A stretch of DNA of 64,000 nt from Haloferacaceae archaeon (GTDB taxonomy: Archaea; Halobacteriota; Halobacteria; Halobacteriales; Haloferacaceae). The translations under genes were made by a program, and so were the position numbers. The stretch's first letter is position 1; the number at the start of each line of letters is the position of its first letter. The stretch covers positions 256-64,255 of the forward strand of contig JBDGUA010000014.1 of NCBI GenBank assembly GCA_042216345.1, written 5' to 3'. A model generated the notes under the pieces. The model was not told the origin of the DNA. It ran no database searches and saw nothing but the letters and a program-made list of their open reading frames with translations. Below, one piece after another: positions 1 to 11,328 of this stretch.

Positions 1-561
1 GAGGAGGTCGCCGGAGCCGGGGAGGACCACCCCAACGCCGGCCAGGACGTGATCGCGGTCGACGAGGACGACAACCCCCAGGGGCTGGTGAACCGCCTCG
101 AGGCCCACACGGGCGACGGCGTCCGCCACCGGGCGTTCACCTCGCTGGTGTTCGACGGCGAGGGCCGGATCCTCCTGGCCCAGCGCGCCCCGACCAAGCG
201 CCTCTGGGACACCTGCTGGGACGGCACCGTCGCCTCCCACCCCGTCGAAGGCCAGACCCAGGAGGAGGCCACCCGGAAGCGTCTCGAGGAGGAACTCGGC
301 GTCACGCCCGACCAGTACTCGGACCTGCGGCTCACCGACCGCTTCGAGTACAAGCGCCACTACCTCGACGAGGGCCTGGAGTGGGAGGTCTGTGCGGTCC
401 TGAAGGTGACCCTGGAGGACACCTCCCTCGACCCGGACGAGGACGAGATCGCGGGACTGCTCTGGGTCGACTACGAGCACCTCCACGAGCACCCGCGCTG
501 GTACCGCCAGCTCCGGCTCTGCCCCTGGTTCGAGATCGCGATGCGCCGCGACTTCGAGTGA
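1..561 (+). CDS. idi: Isopentenyl-diphosphate delta-isomerase, type 1 (Nudix fold). The frame is open to the window edge, so the true start may lie upstream; the first in-window start is GTG 49.
   Basis: The translation (VRHRAFTSLVF, WDTCWDGTVASHP, EWEVCAV) matches the IDI-1/Nudix pattern. There is no stop between nt 1 and 49 in this frame. Confidence 0.8.
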   Translation, partial: EEVAGAGEDHPNAGQDVIAVDEDDNPQGLVNRLEAHTGDGVRHRAFTSLVFDGEGRILLAQRAPTKRLWDTCWDGTVASHPVEGQTQEEATRKRLEEELGVTPDQYSDLRLTDRFEYKRHYLDEGLEWEVCAVLKVTLEDTSLDPDEDEIAGLLWVDYEHLHEHPRWYRQLRLCPWFEIAMRRDFE

Positions 562-582
562 CGGCTCCCTCCCATTTGTATC

Positions 583-1077
583 GTGATCGAGCGCCTCGTT
601 CTCACCGCTGACGTTCGCGCCGAACTGTTCGAGCAGGCCCGTGAGGGCGCCCCCGAGGAGGTCTGCGGCGTGCTGGCCGGCGAGCGACGGCCGGCAGATG
701 GCGTCGACGACGGACCAGCCCCCGCCGACGCCGCTGGCGACGCACAGATCGCCCGGATCACGGCCCTCCGCCCCGTCACCAACGTCGCCGACGAGCCCCG
801 GTACCGCTACGACCTCGACCCGGCGGAGACCGTCCGGCGCATCGAGGCCGTCGAGACCGATGGGTTCGATCACCTGGGGTTCTACCACTCCCACCCGGCG
901 GGCCCCCGGGGGCCGAGCCGCACCGACGAGCGGCTCGCGACCTGGCCGGACTACGTCTACCTGATCGTCTCGCTCGGTGAGGAGCCCGTGATCGGCGCGT
1001 GGCGCTGGACCGGGGAGTCGTTCGTCCAGCTCCCGGTTTGCGTCGCGGACGAGGGGTCCGGCACCCGGGGGACCTGA
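583..1077 (+). CDS. JAMM/MPN+ family metalloprotease (desampylase-like)
   Basis: EEVCGVLAG is followed by an exact JAMM motif, HSHPAGPRGPSRTD (HxHx7SxxD). Confidence 0.85.
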   Translation: MIERLVLTADVRAELFEQAREGAPEEVCGVLAGERRPADGVDDGPAPADAAGDAQIARITALRPVTNVADEPRYRYDLDPAETVRRIEAVETDGFDHLGFYHSHPAGPRGPSRTDERLATWPDYVYLIVSLGEEPVIGAWRWTGESFVQLPVCVADEGSGTRGT

Positions 1078-1139
1078 CCGCCGGCCGTCGCATCCTCGCG
1101 GCCGAGGTTCTTTACCGGTCGCCCCGTACGCCCGGTGTC

Positions 1140-2624
1140 ATGGCTGAGTCTGTCACCCACGGCTTCGGAGTCGACGCCGACTGGAACGCACTGTACCTCG
1201 ATGGCGAGTGGGTCGGACCGGGCCGCCGGGACGCCATCCCGGTCGAGAACCCGGCCACCCGGGAGGAGATCTACGAGGTGCCCGCGGGGACCCCCGGGGA
1301 CGTCGACGAGGCGTTCGCGGCGGCGACCGCAGCCCAGTCCGACTGGGCCGCGGCGCCCCCGCAGGAACGCGCCGAGGTCGTTCAGCGCGCGATAGGGCTC
1401 CTGCAGGACCACCAGGACGACCTCGCGAATCTGTTGGTCACCGAGGCCGGCAGCACGCGCCTGAAGGTCGGGCTGGAACTCGAGGAACTCGCGCCGGGGA
1501 TGATGGCCGAGGCGGCGAGTTTTCCGACGCGGTCGCAGGGCCGCCACGCCGACTCGGTCGTCCCGGGCAAGGAGAACGAGGTCCACCGCGAACCCGTCGG
1601 CGTCGTGGGGGTCATCACGCCGTGGAACTTCCCGTTCCACCTGTCGATGCGGGCGGTCGCGCCGGCGCTCGCGCTCGGCAACGCGGTCGTGCTCAAGCCG
1701 GCCGAGGACACGCCGGTCACGGGCGGGCTCGCGCTGGCCAGGCTCTTCGAGGCCGCCGGCCTGCCGGACGGCGTCCTCAACGTCGTCCCGGGCTACGGCG
1801 AGGAGGCCGGCGAACGACTCGCCGGCCACCCGGACCTGGACGTGCTCTCGTTCACCGGGTCGACGGAGACCGGCAAACACGTCGCTGGCCGGGCCGTCCA
1901 GAACCTGGCGCTACCGGCACTGGAACTCGGCGGCAACAACCCCCTTGTGGTCCTCGACGACGCCGACCTCGACGCCGCCGTCGACGCCGGGATGTTCGGC
2001 TCCTTCGTCCACCAGGGACAGGTGTGCATCTCGATCAACCGCCACCTCGTCCACGAGGACGTCGCCGAGGAGTACGCCGAGCGACTGGCGGACCGGGCCG
2101 CAGACCTGGTCGTCGGCGACCCCGCGGACCCGGAGACGGACATCGGCCCGATCATCAACGAGTCCCAGCGCGACGAGATGCTCGAGTACCTGGCCGCCGC
2201 CCGGGAGGAGGGCGCTGAGTTCGTGGTCGGCGGCGGCCACGAGGACCTCTTCGTCGAACCGACCGTGATTACCGGCATCACCAACGACGCGGCACCGGCC
2301 TGCAACGAGCACTTCGGACCCATCGCGCCAGTCGTCACGTTCGCCGACGACGAGGAGGCGGTCGAACTGGCCAACGACACCGAGTACGGCCTGGCCGCGG
2401 GGGTCTTCAGCGAGGACCTCGCCCGGGCGAAGGCGCTCGCCGAGCGCGTCGACGCGGGGATGGTCCACGTCAACGACCAGACCCTCAACGACGAGCCCCA
2501 CATCCCCTTCGGCGGCGTCAAGGGCTCGGGAATGGGCCGGTACAACACCGACGCCATCCTCCGGGAGTTCACCCGGGAACGGTGGATCTCGATCCAGCAC
2601 GAACCCCGGGAATTCCCGCTGTAG
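1140..2624 (+). CDS. NAD(P)-dependent aldehyde dehydrogenase
   Basis: ATG 1140 (MAESVTHGF) is in frame with ORF 999..2624. Motifs: ITPWNFP, FTGSTETGK, ELGGNNP, HQGQVCIS (catalytic Cys), PFGGVKGSGMGR. Confidence 0.9.
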   Translation: MAESVTHGFGVDADWNALYLDGEWVGPGRRDAIPVENPATREEIYEVPAGTPGDVDEAFAAATAAQSDWAAAPPQERAEVVQRAIGLLQDHQDDLANLLVTEAGSTRLKVGLELEELAPGMMAEAASFPTRSQGRHADSVVPGKENEVHREPVGVVGVITPWNFPFHLSMRAVAPALALGNAVVLKPAEDTPVTGGLALARLFEAAGLPDGVLNVVPGYGEEAGERLAGHPDLDVLSFTGSTETGKHVAGRAVQNLALPALELGGNNPLVVLDDADLDAAVDAGMFGSFVHQGQVCISINRHLVHEDVAEEYAERLADRAADLVVGDPADPETDIGPIINESQRDEMLEYLAAAREEGAEFVVGGGHEDLFVEPTVITGITNDAAPACNEHFGPIAPVVTFADDEEAVELANDTEYGLAAGVFSEDLARAKALAERVDAGMVHVNDQTLNDEPHIPFGGVKGSGMGRYNTDAILREFTRERWISIQHEPREFPL

Positions 2625-2743
2625 GCGCTCCGGCGTCGACGCGTCGCGGGCGCCCGATCGCCTGGCCTCCCCGTCGCCCCGGATCCCTGGCCCACCCGCC
2701 GGACCGGCGAACCGTTTTGTCCTCCCGCGTGGTATTCGTTCTC

Positions 2744-4531
2744 ATGAGCGACGCAGAGGCGCCCACGGCCACCGACCCGTTCGAGCCCGCCGTCGAGCTC
2801 TCGGAACTGGCCGCCGAGGGCCGGAAACTCGTCACCCTCCGGGGCCACGCGATCGCCCTGTTCCACCACGAGGGCGACGTCCACGCGGTCGACAACCGCT
2901 GCCCGCACATGGGCTTCCCGCTCACCGAGGGGAGCGTCGAGGACGGCGTGCTCACCTGCCACTGGCACCACGCCCGCTTCGAACTCTCCTGCGGCGACAC
3001 CTTCGACCCCTGGGCGGACGACGTCCCCGACTACCCCGTCGAGGTCCGCGACGGGACCGTCTACGTGAACCCCGAGCCCGCGCGCGACGAGCCGCCGGCG
3101 GACCACTGGGCGACCCGGCTGGACGACGGCCTCGAGCAGAACCTCCGTCTCGTCGTCGCCAAGTCGGCCATCGGGCTACTCGACGCCGACGTCCCCGTCG
3201 AGGAGCCGGTTCGGACCGGCGTGCTCTTCGGCACGCGCTACCGCGAGGACGGCTGGAGCTCCGGGCTGACGATCCTGGCCGCGCTGGCGAACGTCCTCGG
3301 CGACCAGGAGGAGGGGGACCGCAAGCGCGCGCTCTACCAGGGCTTGCTCCACGTCGCCGACGACTGCGCTGGCGAGCCGCCGAAGTTCGACCAGGAGCCC
3401 TTCGACGCGCGCGAGGTCCCCTTCGCGCGTCTGAAGACCTGGTTCCGCGACGCCGTCGAGGTCCGCGACGCCGACGGCGCCGAGCGCTGTCTCCGCACCG
3501 CGGTCGCCGAGGGGTTCGACGACGACCGCCTCGCCGAACTGCTCGTGGCCGCCGCGACCGACCACCGCTATCTCGACACCGGGCACACGCTCGATTTCGT
3601 CAACAAGGCCTGCGAGGCCCTCGACCGGATCGGCTGGGAACACGCCGACCAGGTGCTCGCGAGCCTCGTCCGCGGCCTCGCCGACGCCGAGCGCAGCGAG
3701 GAACTCTCCTCGTGGCGCCAGCCCGTCGACCTCGCGGGGTCGCTGGCAGCGTCGTTCGACCGCCTGGACGACCTGGTCGCCGCGGCGGAGGGAGCCGGGA
3801 GCAAGCCCGAAAATCCGGGCGACGGCTGGAGCGAACCCGACGACTTCCAGGAGACGCTGCTCGGCGACGACCCGGAGGCGGTCGTCGCGGCGCTTGAGGG
3901 AGCCATCCGCGACGGCGCCTCCGTCGAGGAACTGGCCGGCGCGGTCGCGTTCGCCGCGGCCACCCGGGTCGCGAACTTCTCGACGGTCAACGAGTTCGGC
4001 GACTGGAACACCGTCCACCACACGTTCACCTACGCCAACGCGATCCACGGGCTCGCCGAACGGACCGGCGCGACCGAACTCTACCGCGGCGTCTTCGACG
4101 CCGCCGTCAACGTCTACCTGGACCGGTTCCTCAACTCGCCGGCGGCACCGACGCCGGCGCCCGACCCCGACGCGGACCCCGACGAGGAACTGTCGGCGCT
4201 GCTCGACACCTTCGACCGCGAGGGCGCGGTCGACGCCGCCGGGGCCCACGCCGCCCACTACATCGACGGCGGCGGCGACCCCGATCGCCTCCGGCGGACG
4301 CTCGCCTCGGCCCTGCTCCGCGAGGACGCCGGCTTCCACACCTACCAGGCACTGGAAGCCGGGTTCGCCCAGCTCGACCGCGTCGAGGACCCGTCGCGCC
4401 GGCGGACCCTGTTCGTCGCGGTGGCGCGCTACCTCGGCGCGCACGCGCCCACGCGGCGCGAACGCGAGCAGACGTTCACGATTGCGGCGCGGCTCCAGCG
4501 CGGCGAGACCATCCACGACGCAGAGCCGTAG
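2744..4531 (+). CDS. Rieske [2Fe-2S] domain protein with a large uncharacterised C-terminal extension
   Basis: ATG 2744. The Rieske ligands CPHMGFPL...CHWHHARF lie in the first ~110 aa. About 480 further acidic, helical-looking residues carry no motif I recognise. Confidence 0.8.
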   Translation: MSDAEAPTATDPFEPAVELSELAAEGRKLVTLRGHAIALFHHEGDVHAVDNRCPHMGFPLTEGSVEDGVLTCHWHHARFELSCGDTFDPWADDVPDYPVEVRDGTVYVNPEPARDEPPADHWATRLDDGLEQNLRLVVAKSAIGLLDADVPVEEPVRTGVLFGTRYREDGWSSGLTILAALANVLGDQEEGDRKRALYQGLLHVADDCAGEPPKFDQEPFDAREVPFARLKTWFRDAVEVRDADGAERCLRTAVAEGFDDDRLAELLVAAATDHRYLDTGHTLDFVNKACEALDRIGWEHADQVLASLVRGLADAERSEELSSWRQPVDLAGSLAASFDRLDDLVAAAEGAGSKPENPGDGWSEPDDFQETLLGDDPEAVVAALEGAIRDGASVEELAGAVAFAAATRVANFSTVNEFGDWNTVHHTFTYANAIHGLAERTGATELYRGVFDAAVNVYLDRFLNSPAAPTPAPDPDADPDEELSALLDTFDREGAVDAAGAHAAHYIDGGGDPDRLRRTLASALLREDAGFHTYQALEAGFAQLDRVEDPSRRRTLFVAVARYLGAHAPTRREREQTFTIAARLQRGETIHDAEP

Positions 4532-4582
4532 GGGGACCGATCGGCGGCACCGGCGTCGCAGTCGGGGCGCGTCCAGCGCGGG

Positions 4583-5398
4583 CTACGCCCCGCCGCCGAT
4601 GGCGAACAGCAGGAGGTTGTGGACGCCCGGGCCGAGGCCGACGGCGGCGACGAGCGCGAGCAGCGCGTAGCCCTCGGCGCCGTCCTCGCGGACGGTCGGC
4701 GCGAGCAGCGAGACGATCCACGCCGCCAGCAGCGCCTTCACGATGACGAACAGCCAGCCGCCGCCGAGGTACTCGGCGGTCGGAAGCCCGGCCGCGAACT
4801 CGATGATGAGCCGCGAGAGCGGCGTCCGTTCGCCGTAGCCCAGCCAGTCGACGCCGACGGCGGTCGAGAGCCCGTCGAGCGTGTGGGCGAACACCGCCAG
4901 CAGCCCGGCCCAGCCGGTCGTGCCGACGGTCGGGCGGAGGCGCCGCAGCCCGAGCCACACCGCGGGCGCGACCGCCAGCGCGGCGACGAGCGCGATCAGC
5001 GACGGGCCCGGGCGGAGCGTCCCCTCGGCGACGCCGACGGCGCCGGTCCAGGCGACCGCGAGGACGGCGGCGACCGTCCCCACGCCCCCCAGCGTCCGGG
5101 GAGTCTCCGGAGTCACGGAATCGGCCAGCAGCCACGTCGCGCCGGCGGCGACGGCGACCGAGGCGTAGACGGCGGGTGTCCCGAACAGCGGACTCGCGGG
5201 CGCCGGGATCGCCCCGGCCTGGTCGAGCACGTTCAGCGCCGCGCCGAGGACCATCCACGGCGCCAGCGCGACGACGTGGGGCTCTTCGAACGCCGGCGCC
5301 CGCGCGCGGACGCCCCAGGCGACGGCGCCGAGCGCGACGAGCAGCCCCAGCAGGTACGGCAGCGGCGGGAGCGCGAAGCCCGCGGGAAGGATCGGCAT
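4583..5398 (-). CDS. Polytopic membrane protein, DUF63-like
   Basis: ATG 5398 (MPILPAGFALPPLPYLLGL) is followed by multiple hydrophobic segments. The upstream part of ORF 4583..5611 is Arg/Pro-rich and looks non-coding. Confidence 0.65.
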   Translation of the reverse strand: MPILPAGFALPPLPYLLGLLVALGAVAWGVRARAPAFEEPHVVALAPWMVLGAALNVLDQAGAIPAPASPLFGTPAVYASVAVAAGATWLLADSVTPETPRTLGGVGTVAAVLAVAWTGAVGVAEGTLRPGPSLIALVAALAVAPAVWLGLRRLRPTVGTTGWAGLLAVFAHTLDGLSTAVGVDWLGYGERTPLSRLIIEFAAGLPTAEYLGGGWLFVIVKALLAAWIVSLLAPTVREDGAEGYALLALVAAVGLGPGVHNLLLFAIGGGA

Positions 5399-5646
5399 GG
5401 CCGAGAGCGGGACGCGTCGGGGTGAAAGCCTTACGACTCGTGGGACGCCCCGGACGGGTGTCGGGGTCCGAGGCCGCATCGACGCGCGAACCTTCTTGTA
5501 CGATACCGGGGCCAGAGCCCCCGTGCGCTGACCGTCGCCGCGGAGCGTCAGCGGGTGCCCGGCGGGCCGCTCCGCGTTCACCCCCTCGCCCGCCGGCTGT
5601 TCGCCATCCATCTGCCCGCCAGGCGGTCGCCCACTCGGCGGCGCAA

Positions 5647-5654
5647 CTTTAAGT
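5647..5654 (+). promoter_or_regulatory. TATA-box-like element (CTTTAAGT) about 30 nt upstream of rnhA ATG 5680
   Basis: An AT-rich octamer in GC-rich DNA, at the spacing expected for a leaderless haloarchaeal transcript. Confidence 0.45.
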
Positions 5655-5679
5655 GCGGGAATCGCCTACGGCCACGTAC

Positions 5680-6303
5680 ATGGCCGCACCGGGCCGGACG
5701 ACGCTACGGGACCTGTTCGACGACTCCCCGACCCCCCACATCGCCCACCCGCCGGAGACGCACCGACGACAGTTCTACGTCGCCACCGACGGTTCCTACC
5801 GCCCCGACGGCGGCGGCCTCGGTGCCGTGATCGAGGCCCAGGACGGCGAGCGGGTCGCCCGCGTCTCCCTGCCGGACGTCCCGCCGAACAACAACGTCGC
5901 CGAGTACCGCGCGCTCCACCTCGGCCTGGACGTGCTGGCCGCGCGCTCGCCGCCGGACGCCCGGGTCGGCGTCCTCGTCGACCACGACGACCTCGCCGCG
6001 AACGTCAACCGGACGGTGCTCTCGGCGACCGACCCCGACTGGGAGGTGCCGATCTCGGTCCCGACGGGGAGCGAGCACCACTGGCGGGGCATCTGCGCCC
6101 GGATCGCCGGCTTCGGCGAACTCCGGGCCGCCCGGATCGACAGCCGCGAGAACCCGGCCCACGTGCTGGCGAACGACCCGTCGGCCTACAGCCACCTCGC
6201 GAACGCCCCCCAGCACTGCGTCCTCCCCGAACCGCTCTCGACGCCGAGCGAGCGGCCCCACTACCTCCCGCCGTCGCGGGCGGAGCGCCACCCGAGCGAC
6301 TGA
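5680..6303 (+). CDS. rnhA: Ribonuclease H type 1-like protein
   Basis: ATG 5680 lies about 30 nt after a TATA-like box. YVATDGSY, NNVAEYRALHLGL and VLVDHDDL fit the RNase HI acidic active-site pattern. Confidence 0.7.
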   Translation: MAAPGRTTLRDLFDDSPTPHIAHPPETHRRQFYVATDGSYRPDGGGLGAVIEAQDGERVARVSLPDVPPNNNVAEYRALHLGLDVLAARSPPDARVGVLVDHDDLAANVNRTVLSATDPDWEVPISVPTGSEHHWRGICARIAGFGELRAARIDSRENPAHVLANDPSAYSHLANAPQHCVLPEPLSTPSERPHYLPPSRAERHPSD

Positions 6304-6333
6304 GCGGCGGCGCCGCTACGTGGTTGTTCGAAC

Positions 6334-6420
6334 GCGAGCGGCGAAACGACCTCCGCGAGCCGCGAAACGACCTCCAGGAGCCGCGAAACCGATCTCCGCG
6401 AGCCGCGGCTCCCGGTCTCG
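6334..6420. repeat. Degenerate tandem repeat, about 21 bp x 4 (GCGAGCCGCGAAACGACCTCC), in the convergent spacer between rnhA and maeB
   Basis: Read directly. Units at 6334..6354, 6355..6375, 6376..6397 and 6398..6420. Confidence 0.85.
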
Positions 6421-6436
6421 TCCTCCCGATTCCGGC

Positions 6437-8689
<2,253 letters not shown>

Positions 8690-8824
8690 ACCCGAAAGTG
8701 GGTGAGCGAACCCAAAAAGGTACCTAACGGTGTCGATGGAACGGTACGTCGTCCGTCGAAAATCCTCGTGCCGGACGTGGGCCAGTGCTCACCGAGTGGG
8801 CGAAAAAATCGACGGGGTGGGGGT

Positions 8825-9343
8825 TCAGAAGATGGTGCCCTGCTCGGCGTCGTACGTGGCTTCGAGCTGGGTCGCCGCGAGGATCTCCGTCTGGTTGTAG
8901 ATCATCGAGCCGAGCCGCTGCTTGCGGATCACGTCGGGGGCGCCGAGTTCGTCGGCCAGCGCGAGCAGCTTGAACTTGTAGGTGTGGCTCCCCTCCGGCG
9001 GGGCCGGCCCACCGTACTCGTTCTCCACGTAGTCGTTGTAGCCGACGGTGGCGCCGTCGCCGGGCGCGTCCCAGTCGCGGGGGATCTCGCCCTGATCGGC
9101 GTCGACGTCCCAGACCAGCCAGTGGTCGTAGACGTGGCCGACCACGGGCTCGGCGTCGGGGTCGTCGAGCACCAGCACCAGCGACTCCGCCTCGTCCGGG
9201 ACGCCGCTGATCTCCAGGCGGGGGTTGTCGTTCTCGTTGGCGTACCCGACCCAGTCGGGCATCTGTTCGCCGGCCTCGAAGTCGGGACTGCTCAGTTCGA
9301 AGTCGCCCTGCTGTGCTACGTCGCCGTCCAGTGGCGTTGGCAT
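8825..9343 (-). CDS. YbhB/YbcL family PEBP (Raf kinase inhibitor-like) protein
   Basis: LDDPDAEP, HWLVWDV, GYNDY, YGGPAPPEGSHTYKFKLLAL. Confidence 0.85.
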   Translation of the reverse strand: MPTPLDGDVAQQGDFELSSPDFEAGEQMPDWVGYANENDNPRLEISGVPDEAESLVLVLDDPDAEPVVGHVYDHWLVWDVDADQGEIPRDWDAPGDGATVGYNDYVENEYGGPAPPEGSHTYKFKLLALADELGAPDVIRKQRLGSMIYNQTEILAATQLEATYDAEQGTIF

Positions 9344-9354
9344 CTTTGATCACC

Positions 9355-9386
9355 TCGCGTGCCGGCCACGTCGCGTGCCGGCCGCG
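9355..9386. repeat. 16-bp direct tandem duplication (TCGCGTGCCGGCCRCG x 2) in the PEBP/MscS divergent spacer
   Basis: Read directly. 15 of 16 positions are identical. Confidence 0.8.
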
Positions 9387-9499
9387 TCCATGCCACACTG
9401 TGAGAGCATCCAAAATATAAGTGCGTGTTCGCCGCCGCGGTCGGCGGCCCGGCGGTCGTAAACGTTTACGGCCCGCGGCGGAGTTGAGTAGGTCGACAG

Positions 9500-10744
9500 A
9501 TGCCAGGTCCCGTCGACGAGGTTCGTGCGATCCTGGAGTCGTTCGTCACGCCCGAGGCCCGCGTCGCGGCGACGGCCGCGCTGCTGGCCGCCACGGCGGT
9601 GTTCGCGGTGCTGGTCGCCCCGTGGCTCGTCAGGCAGGGCAGCCGGTTCGTCCACCGCGTCGTCTTCGAGCGCGAGGAGATCCCGGTCGCCGCCGAGGAC
9701 GTGAGCTGGCTCGTCCCCGTCCGGGCGGTGGTGCGGTCGGTCCAGGTCGCCGCCGTCCTGCTCGCGGGCTTCGCCCTGCTGCTGGTGTGGGGGCAGGTCG
9801 CCCTCGCGCTGGAGCTGGCGGCGGTCGTCGGCGCCCTCCTCCCGACCCTGGGGCGGGTGCTGGTGACGGTCCTGCTGGTCGTCTCGGTCTTCGTCGGCAC
9901 GGACCTGCTGCAGTCGTGGCTGGACGCCTACGCCGAGCAGTCGGCCCACATCAACGAACACCAGGAGGGGATCGTCTTCCGGGTGCTCCAGCTCGTCCTG
10001 CTGATCGCGGTGGGGCTGGCCGCCCTCGCCGTCTGGGACTACAACCTCGACGGCCTGCTCGTCGGGGCCGGCTTCCTCGGCATCGTGGTCGGCATGGCCG
10101 CCCGGCAGACCCTCGGCTCGCTGATCGCGGGGTTCGTCCTCATGTTCTCGCGCCCGTTCGAGATCGGCGACTGGGTCGTCGTCGACGACTACGAGGGCGT
10201 CGTCACCGACATCACCATCGTCAACACCCGCCTGCGCAACTTCGACGGCGAGACGGTCGTCATCCCGAACGATCAGGCGAGCAACTCCACGCTGGTCAAC
10301 CGGACCGACCGCGACCGCCTCCGCCTGCGACTCGAGGTCGGCATCGACTACGACGCGGATCTCGACCGCGCCGAGTCGGTCGCCGAGGAGACCATCCGCG
10401 ACATCGACGAGGTCCGGCGGGTTCCGGCCCCGCAGGTGGTCCCGAAGCGCTTCGGCGACTCGGCGATCGGCCTGGAACTGCGCTTCTGGATCGACAACCC
10501 CAGCGCCCGGCGTAAGTGGCGCGCCCACGCGACCGCCGTCCGGGAGATCAAGGCCGCCTTCGACCGCGAGGGGATCAAGATCCCCTACCCGCAGCGGGAG
10601 CTCTCCGGGCGGGCGGAGACCGGCGGGTTCCGCGTCGTCGACGGGGACGCTTCCGGCGACGCGGCGGGTCCGGACGGGGAGGCCGCGGACGCAGTGGACC
10701 ACCCGAGCCCCGGGAGCGACGGTGCCGGTGCGGACGGGGGCTGA
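9500..10744 (+). CDS. Mechanosensitive ion channel, MscS family
   Basis: N-terminal TM helices are followed by the MscS beta-domain FSRPFEIGDWVVVDDYEGVVTDITIVNTRLRNFDGETVVIPN. Confidence 0.9.
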   Translation: MPGPVDEVRAILESFVTPEARVAATAALLAATAVFAVLVAPWLVRQGSRFVHRVVFEREEIPVAAEDVSWLVPVRAVVRSVQVAAVLLAGFALLLVWGQVALALELAAVVGALLPTLGRVLVTVLLVVSVFVGTDLLQSWLDAYAEQSAHINEHQEGIVFRVLQLVLLIAVGLAALAVWDYNLDGLLVGAGFLGIVVGMAARQTLGSLIAGFVLMFSRPFEIGDWVVVDDYEGVVTDITIVNTRLRNFDGETVVIPNDQASNSTLVNRTDRDRLRLRLEVGIDYDADLDRAESVAEETIRDIDEVRRVPAPQVVPKRFGDSAIGLELRFWIDNPSARRKWRAHATAVREIKAAFDREGIKIPYPQRELSGRAETGGFRVVDGDASGDAAGPDGEAADAVDHPSPGSDGAGADGG

Positions 10745-10806
10745 ACACCCCGCGTCGACGCCCGACCGTCGCAATACATACCTACCCGGGGACAGAATCC
10801 CCGCCA

Positions 10807-11223
10807 ATGCGCACGCTGGAGGTCGCCGACCACCTGTTGCTCGGGCGACGGTTCGACGTGTCCGTCTGGCTCACGGGGGTCGCGTCGGCACTGTTCGTCG
10901 TCACCTTCCTGCTGCGGCTCCTGGCGGTGTTCGGCCCGCTCCCCGTGGCCTCGGAGGGGCTCGACGGCGTCGCCCTCGGCCTGGCGCTGGTCGTCGCCGC
11001 CGCCGCAGCGTACTACAACGACGGGCTGCTGGTGAGCGTCGCCCTGGCGGCGTCGCTCTCGATGGGGTTCTACCTGCCCCACGCCTTCGCGCTGCTCACC
11101 CGCCCCCACGAGTCGGCGCTGCTCGCGCTCGGCCTGGGCGTGGGGTACGCGCTCCTGCTTGGCGCCGCGGGCTTCCTCGTCGGCGCCGGTGCGCGGCGGG
11201 CGCTGGCGGAGGTTCGAGGTTGA
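10807..11223 (+). CDS. Hypothetical membrane protein (about 4 TM)
   Basis: ATG 10807 is in frame with ORF 10516..11223. Hydrophobic segments are present. No family recognised. Confidence 0.5.
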   Translation: MRTLEVADHLLLGRRFDVSVWLTGVASALFVVTFLLRLLAVFGPLPVASEGLDGVALGLALVVAAAAAYYNDGLLVSVALAASLSMGFYLPHAFALLTRPHESALLALGLGVGYALLLGAAGFLVGAGARRALAEVRG

Positions 11224-11328
11224 CCGCCGGGTCCTAGCGTCCCGTCAGCGTCGTCACCGTCGCCTCGGTGGTCGCGCTCTGCCCTCGCCCCTCGCCTCGG
11301 GGTGGGCGCTCTGTCCCCGGCCGTCGCC

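Noticed and set aside
5399-5646. A possible structured RNA gene (for example SRP RNA) in the 281-bp DUF63/rnhA divergent spacer
   Set aside because: I could not find conserved SRP, RNase P or tRNA sequence signatures by eye. Only short, trivial GC-rich hairpins are present. A covariance-model search would be needed to say more.
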